Source: Candidatus Cloacimonadales bacterium (GTDB lineage Bacteria > Cloacimonadota > Cloacimonadia > Cloacimonadales > JAIOQZ01). From it: DNA of 64,000 nucleotides. Where the stretch lies: positions 1,280,001 to 1,344,000 of the forward strand of contig OY762463.1 of the NCBI GenBank assembly GCA_963665815.1. The letters run 5' to 3'. A program made the translations under genes and the position numbers. A model generated the notes under the pieces. It worked only from the letters and a program-made list of their open reading frames with translations, was not told where the DNA came from and did not search any database. Positions 28,854-38,379 of the stretch are shown piece by piece; position 1 is the first letter of the stretch; every line of letters begins with the position of its first letter.

Positions 28854-31639
28854 TAACTTTCCTTTCTGATTTTATCTATAATTTTATCTAATTGAATACC
28901 ATGTGATGCTTTAACCAGCACAACAGAGTCTGGTTTTATCTTTTTTAAGAAATCTGACGAAAGCAACTCATTTACATTTGTGAAATGCGTATCTGAACAA
29001 TAAAATTCCGCTTTGCTTCCAACTGATGCTGTCTGATTTACATTAGCTGACTTAAGAAGATCTCCGATTGCTTTATGGTGATTATCAGCTGATTCTCCAA
29101 GCTCCAGCATATCTCCAAGCACAGCGACATGAGGTCTGTCTGCCTTATATTTCTTCCAGAAATCTATTGCTGCCTTCATGGAATCGGGATTTGCATTATA
29201 ACAATCAGCAATCCATGTATTACCAGCCTTCTCAAATATATTCATTCTGTTACCAAGTTCTGGTTGTAATTCTATGCCATTTCTGATTATCTCGGCATCT
29301 ATACCCAATTGCAAAGCAGCAATTGATGCGATACCTGCGTTCCAGGCATTATGAATTACAGGTGAGCTGACTTTCAGCTTGATGTCATTTATTCTGAACT
29401 TTACTTTTTCTTTATCAGCTTTTTCTATAATTATTGAATAATCTGAATTCTCACCAAATAAATGCAGATTTTCTAATTGAGAGTTTCCGAAAAATTCTAC
29501 CGGAGCAATCTTGGTAGTTTTATCAAACATGAAAATATCAGATTTTTCTTTAAGTACGCCTTCAATAGTTTCAAAGAATTCTAGATGAGAATTACCGATA
29601 GAAGTTATGATTGCAATATCCGGTTTGCATATTTCAGTTATTGCGGCAATTTCACCAAAGTGATTTGAGCCAAGTTCCAGCACAGAATATTCATGAGAAG
29701 AATTCAGCTGAAGCAAGGTTTTAGCAGTGCCAATCTGATTATTTTCATTTTTGTATGTTGTCAGAACATTGTGTTCTTTTCCAAGTATTGCTGCAAGATA
29801 CTCTTTAGTCGTAGTCTTTCCCGTTGATCCCGTTATTGCAATATTTGTAGATGAATAGATACTCCTGTGGAATGAAGCGAATTTCTGATATGCTTTCAGC
29901 GAATCATCCACTTTGATATATTTTGGATTATCAAAGTCCTTATGACCGACAGCAATGCATGTGCTATTCTGCAATACAGACTCAATAAATGAATGCCCGT
30001 CAAAACTTTCACCTTCCAGAGCAAAGAAAACACTGTAATCTCGGATTGTTCTGGAATCGGTAGAAACAAATTTGTATTCTCTGGAATCAAGGTTCCCGGT
30101 TGCGAAAAGATATTCAAGCTGAAGCGAATCTACCGGAAATTCAAGTTCGATTGTTCCGCTTATTCTGGCATTCTCTGGAACACTATAGTGCTGATCAATT
30201 ATATTTAGAATTATCTCTCTATCGTTGAAGTATTGCTTTTCACCCTTTACTTCCTGATACGTTTCATGTCCTTTACCGGCAATGATAATTATATCATCTT
30301 TCCCTGCTATTCCAATTACAGACTCAAGTGCTTTTTTTCTATCTGTTCTAATCAGGATGTCAGACTCAGAAGAAACACCTTTCATGATATCTCTGATTAT
30401 CTCTGGCGGTTCTTCATCCCTTGGATTATCTGTTGTTATGATAGATAAATCAGCAAAGGACGACACGACAAATCCCATCTCAGAACGTTTGGACTTATCT
30501 CTGTTTCCACCGGCTCCAAACAAACATATTATTCTTTTGTGAGGAACAGACTCAACTGATTTTATCACTTTCTCAAGTGCATCCGGAGTGTGAGCATAAT
30601 CAATATAGATGTTCAAGTTTGCTTTGTTATCTATTTTCATCATTCTACCATCTACTTGAGGGAGTGATGAAAGTGATGCAGCAATATTCTTTTCGTTAAC
30701 TTGACATAATTCAGTACAGCACTTGATTGCCATCAAGGCATTAGATAAATTATGTTTACCGCTCATTGGAAGTCTATACTCATTTACATCATTTTCCAGA
30801 TTGAATGAATAACCATGTACAGAAGATTTCAAATTTCTTACAGATTCTATTGAAACATTTTCTACCGAATCACCAAGAACTCCTGCAAGTTTTTTTCCAT
30901 AGTTGTCATCAATGTTAATGATTGCTTTAGCACCCTCTTTATACTGGCTGCTTACGAATCTGAATTTTGTTTCTTTGTATGCATCCATAGTTTTATGAAA
31001 ATCAAGGTGATCTCTTGATAGATTCGTGAATAAAACTGCTGCAAACTGTTGTCTGTACACACGGTCAAGGGCAATTGAGTGTGATGAGACTTCCATTACT
31101 ATATAGTCACAGTCTTTCATGGAATAAAGTATTTTGTGAAGTTCCACAATATCCGGAGTTGTTCGTTCCAGAGGGAATTTTTCTCTGCCGATATAATAAC
31201 CCAGAGTTCCGATCAAACCTGTCTTATATCCGTTTTCAGTCAAAATATGGTGTATAATATGTGATACTGTGGTTTTCCCATTTGTTCCGGTTACTCCGAT
31301 CAATTCAGGTGCTCTTTTACCGGATTCAAAAATGATGGATGCAGCAATCGCAGTGCTTCGTCTGGAATTTCTGACAATAAGCTGAGGTGCTGAGATATCA
31401 AGTTCTTCCTCGACTATCAGTGCAATTGCACCTTTTTCAACAGCAGATTGGGCATATTCATGTCCATCTGAAACAAATCCTCTTATACACACGAACAAAG
31501 TGTTCTCTGTGACCTGTCTGGAATCGGTAGCAATATCAGCTATCTGACACTTCCTGAAATTAACTTTTCCAAGAAGCTGGCCTTCAGATTCAAGTATTGT
31601 TGCGATATAGGATAAGTTTATTCTGCTGAAATTTGACAT
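28853..31639 (-). CDS. murE: Bifunctional MurE-MurF fusion ligase
   Basis: N-terminal half is MurE (TGTNGKTT, MEVSSH, DYAHTPDAL, DNPR, AGKGHE). C-terminal half is MurF (TDSR, TGSTGKTTT, NNQIG, ELG, YNANPDSM, GDMLELG, VKAS). One uninterrupted 928-aa ORF. Confidence 0.95.
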   Translation of the reverse strand: MSNFSRINLSYIATILESEGQLLGKVNFRKCQIADIATDSRQVTENTLFVCIRGFVSDGHEYAQSAVEKGAIALIVEEELDISAPQLIVRNSRRSTAIAASIIFESGKRAPELIGVTGTNGKTTVSHIIHHILTENGYKTGLIGTLGYYIGREKFPLERTTPDIVELHKILYSMKDCDYIVMEVSSHSIALDRVYRQQFAAVLFTNLSRDHLDFHKTMDAYKETKFRFVSSQYKEGAKAIINIDDNYGKKLAGVLGDSVENVSIESVRNLKSSVHGYSFNLENDVNEYRLPMSGKHNLSNALMAIKCCTELCQVNEKNIAASLSSLPQVDGRMMKIDNKANLNIYIDYAHTPDALEKVIKSVESVPHKRIICLFGAGGNRDKSKRSEMGFVVSSFADLSIITTDNPRDEEPPEIIRDIMKGVSSESDILIRTDRKKALESVIGIAGKDDIIIIAGKGHETYQEVKGEKQYFNDREIILNIIDQHYSVPENARISGTIELEFPVDSLQLEYLFATGNLDSREYKFVSTDSRTIRDYSVFFALEGESFDGHSFIESVLQNSTCIAVGHKDFDNPKYIKVDDSLKAYQKFASFHRSIYSSTNIAITGSTGKTTTKEYLAAILGKEHNVLTTYKNENNQIGTAKTLLQLNSSHEYSVLELGSNHFGEIAAITEICKPDIAIITSIGNSHLEFFETIEGVLKEKSDIFMFDKTTKIAPVEFFGNSQLENLHLFGENSDYSIIIEKADKEKVKFRINDIKLKVSSPVIHNAWNAGIASIAALQLGIDAEIIRNGIELQPELGNRMNIFEKAGNTWIADCYNANPDSMKAAIDFWKKYKADRPHVAVLGDMLELGESADNHHKAIGDLLKSANVNQTASVGSKAEFYCSDTHFTNVNELLSSDFLKKIKPDSVVLVKASHGIQLDKIIDKIRKES

Positions 31640-33789
31640 AACTGACCATACTCTATTTTTGTTTTTGGAGGAATGGATTGTTTTACAACAACTCCTCTAC
31701 CTTTTATTTTCAGTTTAACGTGATTTCTTTTAGCATATTCTACTGCTTTTCTCAGAGAACAACCTACAAGATCAGGCATAGTTTCATTTTCAAGATTCGC
31801 TATGTCATCTCCATGGCCGAACACTAAAAGTATTTCATTATCAGGATTAAAGCTGACACCTGGTTTGGGAAACTGATTGGTTATAGTACTGCTTTTACTT
31901 TTATATACAGTTTTATATTTAAGTTTATTTTTATCGAGTAAAGGAAGAGCATCTTTGAAATCCTTGTTCATGAAATCAGGCATTGTTACAGTTTTTTGAT
32001 TATCCTGCTTAATCTCGGCGAGAAGATTGTAATCAGGAAGCACAAGTATTTCTTCGACAACTTTCTTGAAAGTAGGCACAGCAGACATTGAGGCATAGTG
32101 GTATTTATAATCAGGCTCATCAAAAGCTATAACGACAACAAGCCTTGGATCCTCAACTGGGAAAAATCCAGCCCAGACAGGAGTATGAGCTTTTTCTGCA
32201 TAACCAATCTGACCTTTAACTTTCTTCTCAGCTGTTCCTGTTTTTCCTGCAATTCTTATATTTTCGATTCTCGTTGCTATCCCTGTACCATATTCAACCA
32301 CACCCTCAAGCATTTCATGAAGCTGTGTAAGACTCTTCTTATCGGATATCTTTCTCAAAACCTTTGGCTTGGTTTCAAGAATAACACTTCCCTCATCGTC
32401 AACGACTTCTTTCAGAAGATTAGGCTGCATTACTTTCCCGCCATTTGCAATTGTGCAATAAGCATTTGCAAGCTGAACTGCAGTTACACCTATTTCCTGC
32501 CCAAAAGATATTGAATGCAGTGAAAATCCTTGCCACTTGTTTAGCTTTCTTAGAATTCCACTGGATTCTCCGGAAACATTGATACCTGTTTTATGACCGA
32601 ATCCAAGTTCGATAAGTCTTTTATAAAATGGCTTTGAACCTATTTTCTCTACAATTTTTGCTACCCCGACATTACTTGAATGCACTATAACATCTTTCAC
32701 AGAGAGTTCATCGAAATCGTGAACATCGCTGATTACACGACGATCAAGTTTGTATTTTCTACAATCAATCATGTCATCAGGGCTGAACAGATTTTTCTCA
32801 AGAGCGAGAAGTACCGTTAACGGTTTAATAGTAGAACCGGGTTCAAAAATAAAAGAAGTAGGCATGTTGCCATAAGTACGGATTTCATTAAGTTTTTTCT
32901 TCGAGTCTTCACAGGAAGATCCTGCCATTGCGATGATGTTACCGGTTTTGGGATCCATAATAACACCAAGAGCATTCTTAGCATTGTAAGTTTCTATACC
33001 TGAGTTAAGATGCTTCTCCAGAATCTCCTGAATCTCTGCATCTATGGTTAAAGTGACCGTTGAACCATTCTCTACTTTTTTCTCAGCTAAAGATGGATCC
33101 GGAATAGCTTTTTGATTACCATCATAATATGTTGTTTTCCAACCATACTTACCCTTGAGATATTTTTCAAGTGCATATTCAAGTCCTGTTATACCTTTAA
33201 TACTATATAATGATTCTTCTTCCCCTGATTCTGCCTGATTCTCCTTTGTTGCTCCAATTAATCTTGAAGCCAAAGCTCCTTTAGGGTAAACTCTCTGCAT
33301 GGATTTAAATGTAGCGTTTATCCCGTGGATGTGCTCTGCATTCAAACTCTGTCTTATTTTCAGTAAATCTGATTCTTTTACCGAAGCTGCAAGCATGATA
33401 AAATCTGAGTTTTTATGTCTTTTCAGTTTTCGCTTAAGTGAGGTTTCAGAAATATCTGTATTAGCGGAAATGATTTCAATTGCTCTAATGATTGTTTCAT
33501 CAGTGTTTTTATCATTTCTTTTACAGTATCTTTTGATTGACTGCTTGTCCATATCAAGCTGATAATTCTTGATAGTTGTAGCCAAAAGAGTTGAGTTTGC
33601 ATCTGTAATATTCCCACGAAAAGGTATCTGTATTTCCTTCCTTGGTTTGTATCGCATCTTTCTGCTTTTCAGATCATGAATATCTCTGACCTGAATGAAA
33701 AAAAGATGTATTACCCAAAGAAGAACAATACATGCATTGATAAGTATAAGGGTCAGTATACGAAATTTATCTTTAGTCATGGATTGCAT
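31618..33789 (-). CDS. ftsI: Class B penicillin-binding protein FtsI with two PASTA domains
   Basis: RGNI.D, EPGSTIK (SxxK), HSSN (SxN), KTGT; C-terminal MPDF/MPDL PASTA repeats. Start is 33789 or 33780. Confidence 0.95.
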   Translation of the reverse strand: MQSMTKDKFRILTLILINACIVLLWVIHLFFIQVRDIHDLKSRKMRYKPRKEIQIPFRGNITDANSTLLATTIKNYQLDMDKQSIKRYCKRNDKNTDETIIRAIEIISANTDISETSLKRKLKRHKNSDFIMLAASVKESDLLKIRQSLNAEHIHGINATFKSMQRVYPKGALASRLIGATKENQAESGEEESLYSIKGITGLEYALEKYLKGKYGWKTTYYDGNQKAIPDPSLAEKKVENGSTVTLTIDAEIQEILEKHLNSGIETYNAKNALGVIMDPKTGNIIAMAGSSCEDSKKKLNEIRTYGNMPTSFIFEPGSTIKPLTVLLALEKNLFSPDDMIDCRKYKLDRRVISDVHDFDELSVKDVIVHSSNVGVAKIVEKIGSKPFYKRLIELGFGHKTGINVSGESSGILRKLNKWQGFSLHSISFGQEIGVTAVQLANAYCTIANGGKVMQPNLLKEVVDDEGSVILETKPKVLRKISDKKSLTQLHEMLEGVVEYGTGIATRIENIRIAGKTGTAEKKVKGQIGYAEKAHTPVWAGFFPVEDPRLVVVIAFDEPDYKYHYASMSAVPTFKKVVEEILVLPDYNLLAEIKQDNQKTVTMPDFMNKDFKDALPLLDKNKLKYKTVYKSKSSTITNQFPKPGVSFNPDNEILLVFGHGDDIANLENETMPDLVGCSLRKAVEYAKRNHVKLKIKGRGVVVKQSIPPKTKIEYGQLCQISAE

Positions 33790-34099
33790 CTAAGCTGGGA
33801 ATGAAATAATCTGTCAGACTGTAATTCTTCTTGTCTTTCTTTATATAATGTAAGTATTCATTATTGTGTTGAGGGAGAATCATGGCAAGTTGATCCTTAG
33901 CCAGTTTTTCAATTCTCTTACGATCTATAAGATTGTTGTTTGCCATGATTAAATCACAATTTTCAGTTTTTAAAGAACTAATCTCTTTTTTTAACGCTAC
34001 AGACTTTTTCTCGGTTCTGAGAATCGTATGAGCATTAAAATGATGGAGGAATATTACACCTGAAATAAAAATAAACATTAAAATAAGATTTTTCTTCAT
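33773..34099 (-). CDS. ftsL: Cell division protein FtsL
   Basis: TM plus coiled coil plus RIEKLAKDQLAM..P; lies between rsmH and ftsI; GAGGTG RBS before ATG 34099. Confidence 0.85.
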   Translation of the reverse strand: MKKNLILMFIFISGVIFLHHFNAHTILRTEKKSVALKKEISSLKTENCDLIMANNNLIDRKRIEKLAKDQLAMILPQHNNEYLHYIKKDKKNYSLTDYFIPSLDAIHD

Positions 34100-34106
34100 A
34101 TTCACC

Positions 34107-35030
34107 TCATATTTTTTCGGCAACACGCATCTTTGCGCTTCTTGCACGGGCGTTAACTGAAATCTCTTCTTCACTGGGAAGAACAGGTTTGTTTGTGATT
34201 ATTTTAAGCGTCTGCTCTTTAGAACATCTACATTCAGGAAAACTTGAAGGACACACGCAATCCTTCTTTTCATGTTGAAAGATTTTTTTTACTATTCTGT
34301 CTTCCAGACTGTGATATGATATTACAACAATCCTTGCTTCAGGATTCAATATGTAAACGGAATCCCTTAATGCTGTCTTAAGAACATCAAGTTCTCCATT
34401 GACGTGAATTCGCAATGCCTGAAAAATTCGGGCTTTGGCTTTCTGCTTCATCCTGGATCTCACTGCTTCATCTATAACGAATGCAAGCTGATCGGTCTCA
34501 GTAATCCTTGATTCAGCTCTTTTATTTACAATTGCTTTTGCAATCCTGTATGCTTCTTTTTCCTCACCATACTCCCTGAATATCTTCACAAGCTCATCAA
34601 GCTTATATGAGTTAACAACATCCTCAGCTGTCTCCCCCGAGCTTCGATCCATTCTCATGTCCAGCTTCCCATTATATTGAAAACTAAAACCCTTTTCGGG
34701 AGTATCTATCTGATACGATGAAACGCCAAGATCAAAAAGAATACCATCAATTCTCTTAACTTTATGCAGGGAAAGCTCTGTTCGCAGGTTACTGAAATTA
34801 CTCTTTACAAAAGTAAATCTATCTCCATAGTCCCGTGATACTGATTCAGCATTTGCTATCGCATCATCATCCTGATCAAAACTATAAACCTTGATTGAAT
34901 CATCCGAATCAAGTATCCTTCGAGTATGTGATCCACCACCAAATGTCATATCAACATAAACTCCACCTGACTTAATCCGCATGGATTCAACTGCTTCATT
35001 AAGCATTACAGGGATATGATATTCGCTCAT
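34107..35030 (-). CDS. rsmH: 16S rRNA m4C1402 methyltransferase
   Basis: HIPVML, D.TFGGGSH, DLGVSS.Q, LDMRMD, FQALRI.VN, SYHSLEDR, RARSAK. Confidence 0.98.
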   Translation of the reverse strand: MSEYHIPVMLNEAVESMRIKSGGVYVDMTFGGGSHTRRILDSDDSIKVYSFDQDDDAIANAESVSRDYGDRFTFVKSNFSNLRTELSLHKVKRIDGILFDLGVSSYQIDTPEKGFSFQYNGKLDMRMDRSSGETAEDVVNSYKLDELVKIFREYGEEKEAYRIAKAIVNKRAESRITETDQLAFVIDEAVRSRMKQKAKARIFQALRIHVNGELDVLKTALRDSVYILNPEARIVVISYHSLEDRIVKKIFQHEKKDCVCPSSFPECRCSKEQTLKIITNKPVLPSEEEISVNARARSAKMRVAEKI

Positions 35031-35461
35031 AATCTGAAATCTCCCGGTTTAAAGGAAACTCTCTTTGAGCGATCTTCGATTGTTTTGTCTAAAGTTTCAG
35101 GAGCCCAGACAGAAATATAATTCCCTTTCCCAAGAATAACCGCCTTGTCTTTAATCCCTGCAAGGTCCATCAGTTCGTCAGATAGTTTAATCCGTCCGGG
35201 ACCTTCCAGCTTCTGCTCGATTGCATAGTCGTAAAGATAATCAACCATTTCAAGCTGACGTGATTCACCCTGTTCGAGTTTTTCAATGTACTCGTCCCAG
35301 ATATCCATTGGAAATATGACAATGTGGTTACTGTTTGAACCAATTGTAGCCACAATCGTATCTTTAGCAGCAGGACTGAATTTCTTCTTCATAGATGAAG
35401 GGATAACAATCCTTTGCTTATGTACTGAGGCTTCAAACTTTCCAATAAAACGAGGTGGCAC
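35027..35461 (-). CDS. mraZ: Division/cell wall cluster regulator MraZ (divergent)
   Basis: First gene of the dcw cluster; F.G.F....RI.IP and GRI.L...L...AGI....V..G.G..I.VW two-repeat AbrB-type pattern; GTG start with GGAGG RBS. Confidence 0.88.
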   Translation of the reverse strand: MPPRFIGKFEASVHKQRIVIPSSMKKKFSPAAKDTIVATIGSNSNHIVIFPMDIWDEYIEKLEQGESRQLEMVDYLYDYAIEQKLEGPGRIKLSDELMDLAGIKDKAVILGKGNYISVWAPETLDKTIEDRSKRVSFKPGDFRL

Positions 35462-35588
35462 ATTTCCTCCAGAACTAATATATTTTGAGATTTTTTGATA
35501 TTTCCTGCTATTTATGTGCGAATTTCTATTATTTTCGTGAGATCGTCAAGCTCTTTTTTGAAATTTGTTGATTTTTTTTCTACGTTTT

Positions 35589-35601
35589 CAAATGGTTGAT
35601 T
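35589..35601 (-). promoter_or_regulatory. IHF-consensus-like site
   Basis: Minus strand AATCAACCATTTG matches WATCAANNNNTTR exactly; a second site with one mismatch lies at 36181-36193. Confidence 0.35.
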
Positions 35602-36344
35602 TGTAGACGGTTACGAATGCCTATTTAAAGTCCGATATCTGGCGCAATTGTTTGCTCTTATTAAATAACCTTAACTGAAATTAATGCATTATGATTATAT
35701 ATCACCTATAGTAATAATTGAGACTTTCATTGATTTACCTGCAGCATATGAATGTGTGTCAATGCTCTATTTTACAAAGCCGTTACTCAGAGAAGACTCC
35801 AATTACTTTAAAATTACGCATATATAAGCGACTGAAGAAAATTTTCATTGTAAATAAATTAATTTGCTTTGTAGTGACATAAATACACACTGATTTAAGT
35901 GAATACACAAAGATTTCAGTCATTTTACTGGATTAACAAATTGTTATTCCCCTTGAAAGATGATTCTATTATTTTGAGATTGTTAATGTGTTTCATTAGT
36001 TACCAACATAAAGAGCCTGTACTTTTTTCATGATGAGTATGTTCTTATTAGTGTGAGTTTTTACACTGCTTTTTTGCCATAAATTCAATGCAGTAAATTC
36101 TATGGAGTAATTTTGAGAAAATTTGAGTTGTCAGGATTGAACAAATTGATATTTTCTCAATATTTGGAGAAATCTTACTGCAAGCGGTTGGTATTGTAGA
36201 GGAGTTTAATCACTAATTTATACCTTATGAAGGATATTATTTGACACAAAAATCTTTATCTGTATATATTGTATGAAATGCTTGACACAAAACTGCGTTT
36301 TTTTGTGGATGCTTTTATAAGAAAATACAAAATTTGGAGGAACA

Positions 36345-36722
36345 ATGGTTCTGGATAATTTATACTACACAGACTCACATGAGTGGGTAAAAGTTGATGG
36401 AGAAGACGCTTACATCGGTATTACTGACTTTGCTCAGAAAGAGCTTGGAGATATTGTATATGTAGAACTTCCTGAAGAAGGCGACGAAGTGGCTTCCGGG
36501 GAATCATTTGGTTCTATCGAAGCAGTAAAAGCTGTCGAAGACATTATTTCACCTGTTTCCGGTGAAGTTATCAAAGTTAATCTCGAACTTGAAGATAATC
36601 CTGAACTGATTAATAATTCACCTTACGAAAATGGCTGGATTGTTAAAATTAAACTTTCAGATGTAGATGAAGTTGAAAAATTATTATCAGTAAACGAATA
36701 CAAGAAGTTAGTAGAAGGTTAG
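36345..36722 (+). CDS. gcvH: Glycine cleavage system H protein
   Basis: SHEWV, GITDFAQ.ELGDIVYVELP, lipoyl-Lys motif IEAVKA, PELIN.SPY..GW. Confidence 0.97.
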   Translation: MVLDNLYYTDSHEWVKVDGEDAYIGITDFAQKELGDIVYVELPEEGDEVASGESFGSIEAVKAVEDIISPVSGEVIKVNLELEDNPELINNSPYENGWIVKIKLSDVDEVEKLLSVNEYKKLVEG

Positions 36723-36726
36723 ACCT

Positions 36727-37341
36727 ATCAGGAAAAACAGATTTCTAATAACTCTAATAGCTCCATCCGGAGGAGGAAAATCTACAATATTGAAAGAGAT
36801 TCTTCCGGTGAGAAAAGATATTGTCTACTCTGTGTCTTACACTACACGCGAACCTCGTGGAAATGAAAGACATGGAGTCGACTATTTTTTCATTTCAGAG
36901 GATGAGTTTAAGAAAAGGATTGCAGAAAACCGATTTCTGGAATATGCTGAAGTTCACGGAAAATGGTACGGTACTTCTAAGGATTTTGTACTGGACCAGG
37001 TTGATAAAGGTAATCATGTTATTATGGATATTGACGTTCAGGGAGCTGAAAAGATCCTGAAAACAGGTTTTGAAATGGTCTCTATCTTTCTACTGCCACC
37101 TGATCCAGAAATACTGGAAGACAGGTTAATAAACAGAAAAACTGATTCTGAAGAAAAAATAAAATTAAGATTGAAAAACGCTCATCTCGAAATCGCAAAA
37201 GCTCGTCAGTTCCAGTATCTCGTCATTAACGATGACCTTGATACAGCTGTTAAGGATGTAATGAGTATTATTATTGCAGAAGAAAACAGAATGAGCAGAT
37301 ACAATGACTATATTGAGAATTACTACGGAGGTTCTAAATGA
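36727..37341 (+). CDS. gmk: Guanylate kinase (true start upstream of the track ORF, apparently non-canonical)
   Basis: In-frame P-loop APSGGGKST lies upstream of the track start 36790; SVSYTTREPR, GVDYFF, WYGTS, DIDVQGA. Confidence 0.93.
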   Translation: MRKNRFLITLIAPSGGGKSTILKEILPVRKDIVYSVSYTTREPRGNERHGVDYFFISEDEFKKRIAENRFLEYAEVHGKWYGTSKDFVLDQVDKGNHVIMDIDVQGAEKILKTGFEMVSIFLLPPDPEILEDRLINRKTDSEEKIKLRLKNAHLEIAKARQFQYLVINDDLDTAVKDVMSIIIAEENRMSRYNDYIENYYGGSK

Positions 37342-37559
37342 AGAACGACAAAATAGATAAGTTCTTTGAAGAGAATAATGACAATTACTTATACTTGCTT
37401 CTTGCAAATCTTGAAGTGAAAAGATTGTCTGCTCTTCCACATACTATTAAAGAGAATTTTTCAAAAAAGATCACAGTTGAAGCATTAAACCATGTCGTTG
37501 ATAATGATATTCCAGATTATATCACAGCAGAAGAAGAATTTGATATAGACGACGAATAA
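37338..37559 (+). CDS. rpoZ: Probable divergent RNA polymerase omega subunit
   Basis: Directly after gmk (ATGA-type overlap); 73 aa; pattern N.Y..LL.A....KRL...KKITVEAL..V....I resembles omega; acidic tail. Confidence 0.55.
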   Translation: MKNDKIDKFFEENNDNYLYLLLANLEVKRLSALPHTIKENFSKKITVEALNHVVDNDIPDYITAEEEFDIDDE

Positions 37560-37574
37560 CGGTATTATTAAATA

Positions 37575-38270
37575 ATGACTCCCAATTGTATTTCTCAGCA
37601 TCTTGAATTGATGAAGCTGATGGGAGTGGATAATGTTTTTCTGAAGAGAAAACCAGAGTTTACATCAGTTAGAAAAAAAACAATGCCTGATAACTCAGGT
37701 TCAGCCGAAGAAAGGCTGAAAAAAAACAACGTAAACTACAAAGATTGCAATAAATGTCCGCTCTGTAACGGGCGGACTAATCTTGTTTATGGAGAGGGTA
37801 ATCCTAATGCCGATTTGATGCTTATTGGTGAAGGGCCAGGATTTTATGAGGATAAAAGCGGAAAACCATTTGTTGGTAAAGCAGGACAGCTTCTTACTAA
37901 AATGCTGCTGGCAATCAAAATTGACAGATCTCAGGTGTATATCGGTAATATCGTGAAGTGTCGTCCACCGGACAACAGAGATCCTAAACCTGAAGAAGTT
38001 GAAGCATGCCTTCCATACCTTGAAGAACAGATTGAGATTATAAAACCTCGAATCCTGTTACTGCTGGGAAGAGTTGCAGGACAGACCTTGCTGAAGAACA
38101 ATCTCAGGATGCAGGAACTAAGGGAAACTGAACATACTTATAAAGGTATCAGGACTTTTGTGACCTATCACCCATCTGCACTGCTCAGACATACTGCCTG
38201 GAAAAAACCTGCCTGGATCGATCTGCAAAAAGTCCAGAAAATATATGAAGGTTTGAAACCGCGAACTTAA
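37575..38270 (+). CDS. Uracil-DNA glycosylase family 4 (Fe-S)
   Basis: CNKCPL, GEGPG, PFVGKAG, NIVKCRPP.NR.P, TYHPSALL. Confidence 0.95.
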   Translation: MTPNCISQHLELMKLMGVDNVFLKRKPEFTSVRKKTMPDNSGSAEERLKKNNVNYKDCNKCPLCNGRTNLVYGEGNPNADLMLIGEGPGFYEDKSGKPFVGKAGQLLTKMLLAIKIDRSQVYIGNIVKCRPPDNRDPKPEEVEACLPYLEEQIEIIKPRILLLLGRVAGQTLLKNNLRMQELRETEHTYKGIRTFVTYHPSALLRHTAWKKPAWIDLQKVQKIYEGLKPRT

Positions 38271-38379
38271 ACTGGCTTACAATTATTATTCTCAGATAGA
38301 TTTGTTACCAATATAAGCTCAACATACTAAAAAAAGTTTAACTCCCTTAGTTGTATGAAACTATCAAATAATTTTGTTA

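Noticed and set aside
36000-36344. Glycine riboswitch upstream of gcvH
   Set aside because: No recognisable tandem GGAGA...CCGAAG...CTCTCAGG aptamer pattern.
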